From Geobacter metallireducens GS-15 (lineage in GTDB: Bacteria; Desulfobacterota; Desulfuromonadia; Geobacterales; Geobacteraceae), in NCBI RefSeq assembly GCF_000012925.1, contig NC_007517.1:2640001-2672000 (forward strand): a DNA stretch of 32,000 nt, read 5' to 3'. How positions within the stretch are numbered: the first letter of the stretch is position 1; each line of letters begins with the position of its first letter. Made by a program: the position numbers and the translations under genes. Of this stretch, positions 31,623-32,000 are shown one piece after another. The notes beneath the pieces are model-generated. The model saw only the letters and a list, made by a program, of their open reading frames with translations, was not told the DNA's origin and did no database searches.

Positions 31623-32000
31623 CTACGAGAGCTGGTGGACAAAGAGCCCGCTGCGCAGTTTCGGTTCGAACCAGGTGGACTTGGGGGGCATTATCTGCCC
31701 GGCATCGGCCAGCTGCATGAGTTCTTCCATGGAGGTGGGGTTGAGAGAGAAGGCGATCCGATAGCCCCCGCCATCCACGAGCCGCTCCAGTTCGTCGGTC
31801 CCCCGGATTCCCCCCACAAAGGAGATCCGCTGGTCGGTGCGGGGGTTGCGGATGGCGAGAATCGGACTCAGGAGATTGTTCTGGAGGATGGAGACATCCA
31901 GGTGCGACACCGCATCCCCCTCGTCGAAGGTTCCCTCCTTGGCGACGAGCTGATACCAACGCCCCTCAAGGTACATGCCGAATTCGTGCCGCTGGGACGG
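31623..32000 (-). CDS. DUF1015-family protein; C-terminal part only, the gene starts beyond the right edge of the window
   Basis: The frame is open from 32000. The C-terminal IAFSLNPTSMEELMQLADAGQIMPPKSTWFEPKLRSGLFVH resembles the conserved DUF1015 C-terminus (PKSTxFxPKxxxGL). Confidence 0.7.
   Translation of the reverse strand, partial: PSQRHEFGMYLEGRWYQLVAKEGTFDEGDAVSHLDVSILQNNLLSPILAIRNPRTDQRISFVGGIRGTDELERLVDGGGYRIAFSLNPTSMEELMQLADAGQIMPPKSTWFEPKLRSGLFVHQLS

Overview
This is a 32 kb window of about 60-65% GC, estimated by hand counts of sampled lines, apart from one island of about 30% GC. All 33 genes I can support lie on the minus strand. Most are separated by under 20 nt or overlap at TAATG, ATGA or TAGTG junctions, so the window reads as one very long co-directional cluster. 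The right two thirds (about 12.1-29.5 kb) is a conserved outer-membrane biogenesis supercluster. Its transcription order is lysS, lolC/E-family permease, lolD, bamA, skp, lpxD, fabZ, lpxA, a gnnA-like oxidoreductase, a gnnB-like aminotransferase, lpxB, msbA, waaA, lpxK, a Trm112/YcaR-like mini-protein and a waaF-like heptosyltransferase. The left third (1-12.1 kb) is an accessory LPS-core or envelope-glycan decoration region. It holds three GT2 genes, a second GT9 and a hypothetical protein with fucosyltransferase-superfamily motifs. It also holds a low-GC two-gene island (FkbM methyltransferase plus GT8) and an amino-sugar pair (PglD/NeuD-type N-acetyltransferase plus DegT aminotransferase, truncated at the left edge). 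The most interesting content is a compact four-gene module at 4026-8427. It encodes an AMP-forming ligase, a 79-aa carrier protein, an MBOAT and a membrane-anchored SGNH/AlgJ-like protein. This reproduces the DltA/C/B/D logic of Gram-positive teichoic acid D-alanylation, but uses an acetyl-CoA-synthetase-type ligase and sits inside a Gram-negative LPS locus. The far right holds a secreted DUF4139-like protein, an FKBP lipoprotein, an EVE-domain protein and a truncated DUF1015 gene. I saw no rRNA, tRNA, CRISPR array, transposase or integrase. Gene order and composition resemble Geobacter/Desulfuromonadales, but that is inference only. All family calls come from motif recognition by eye, because no database search was possible.
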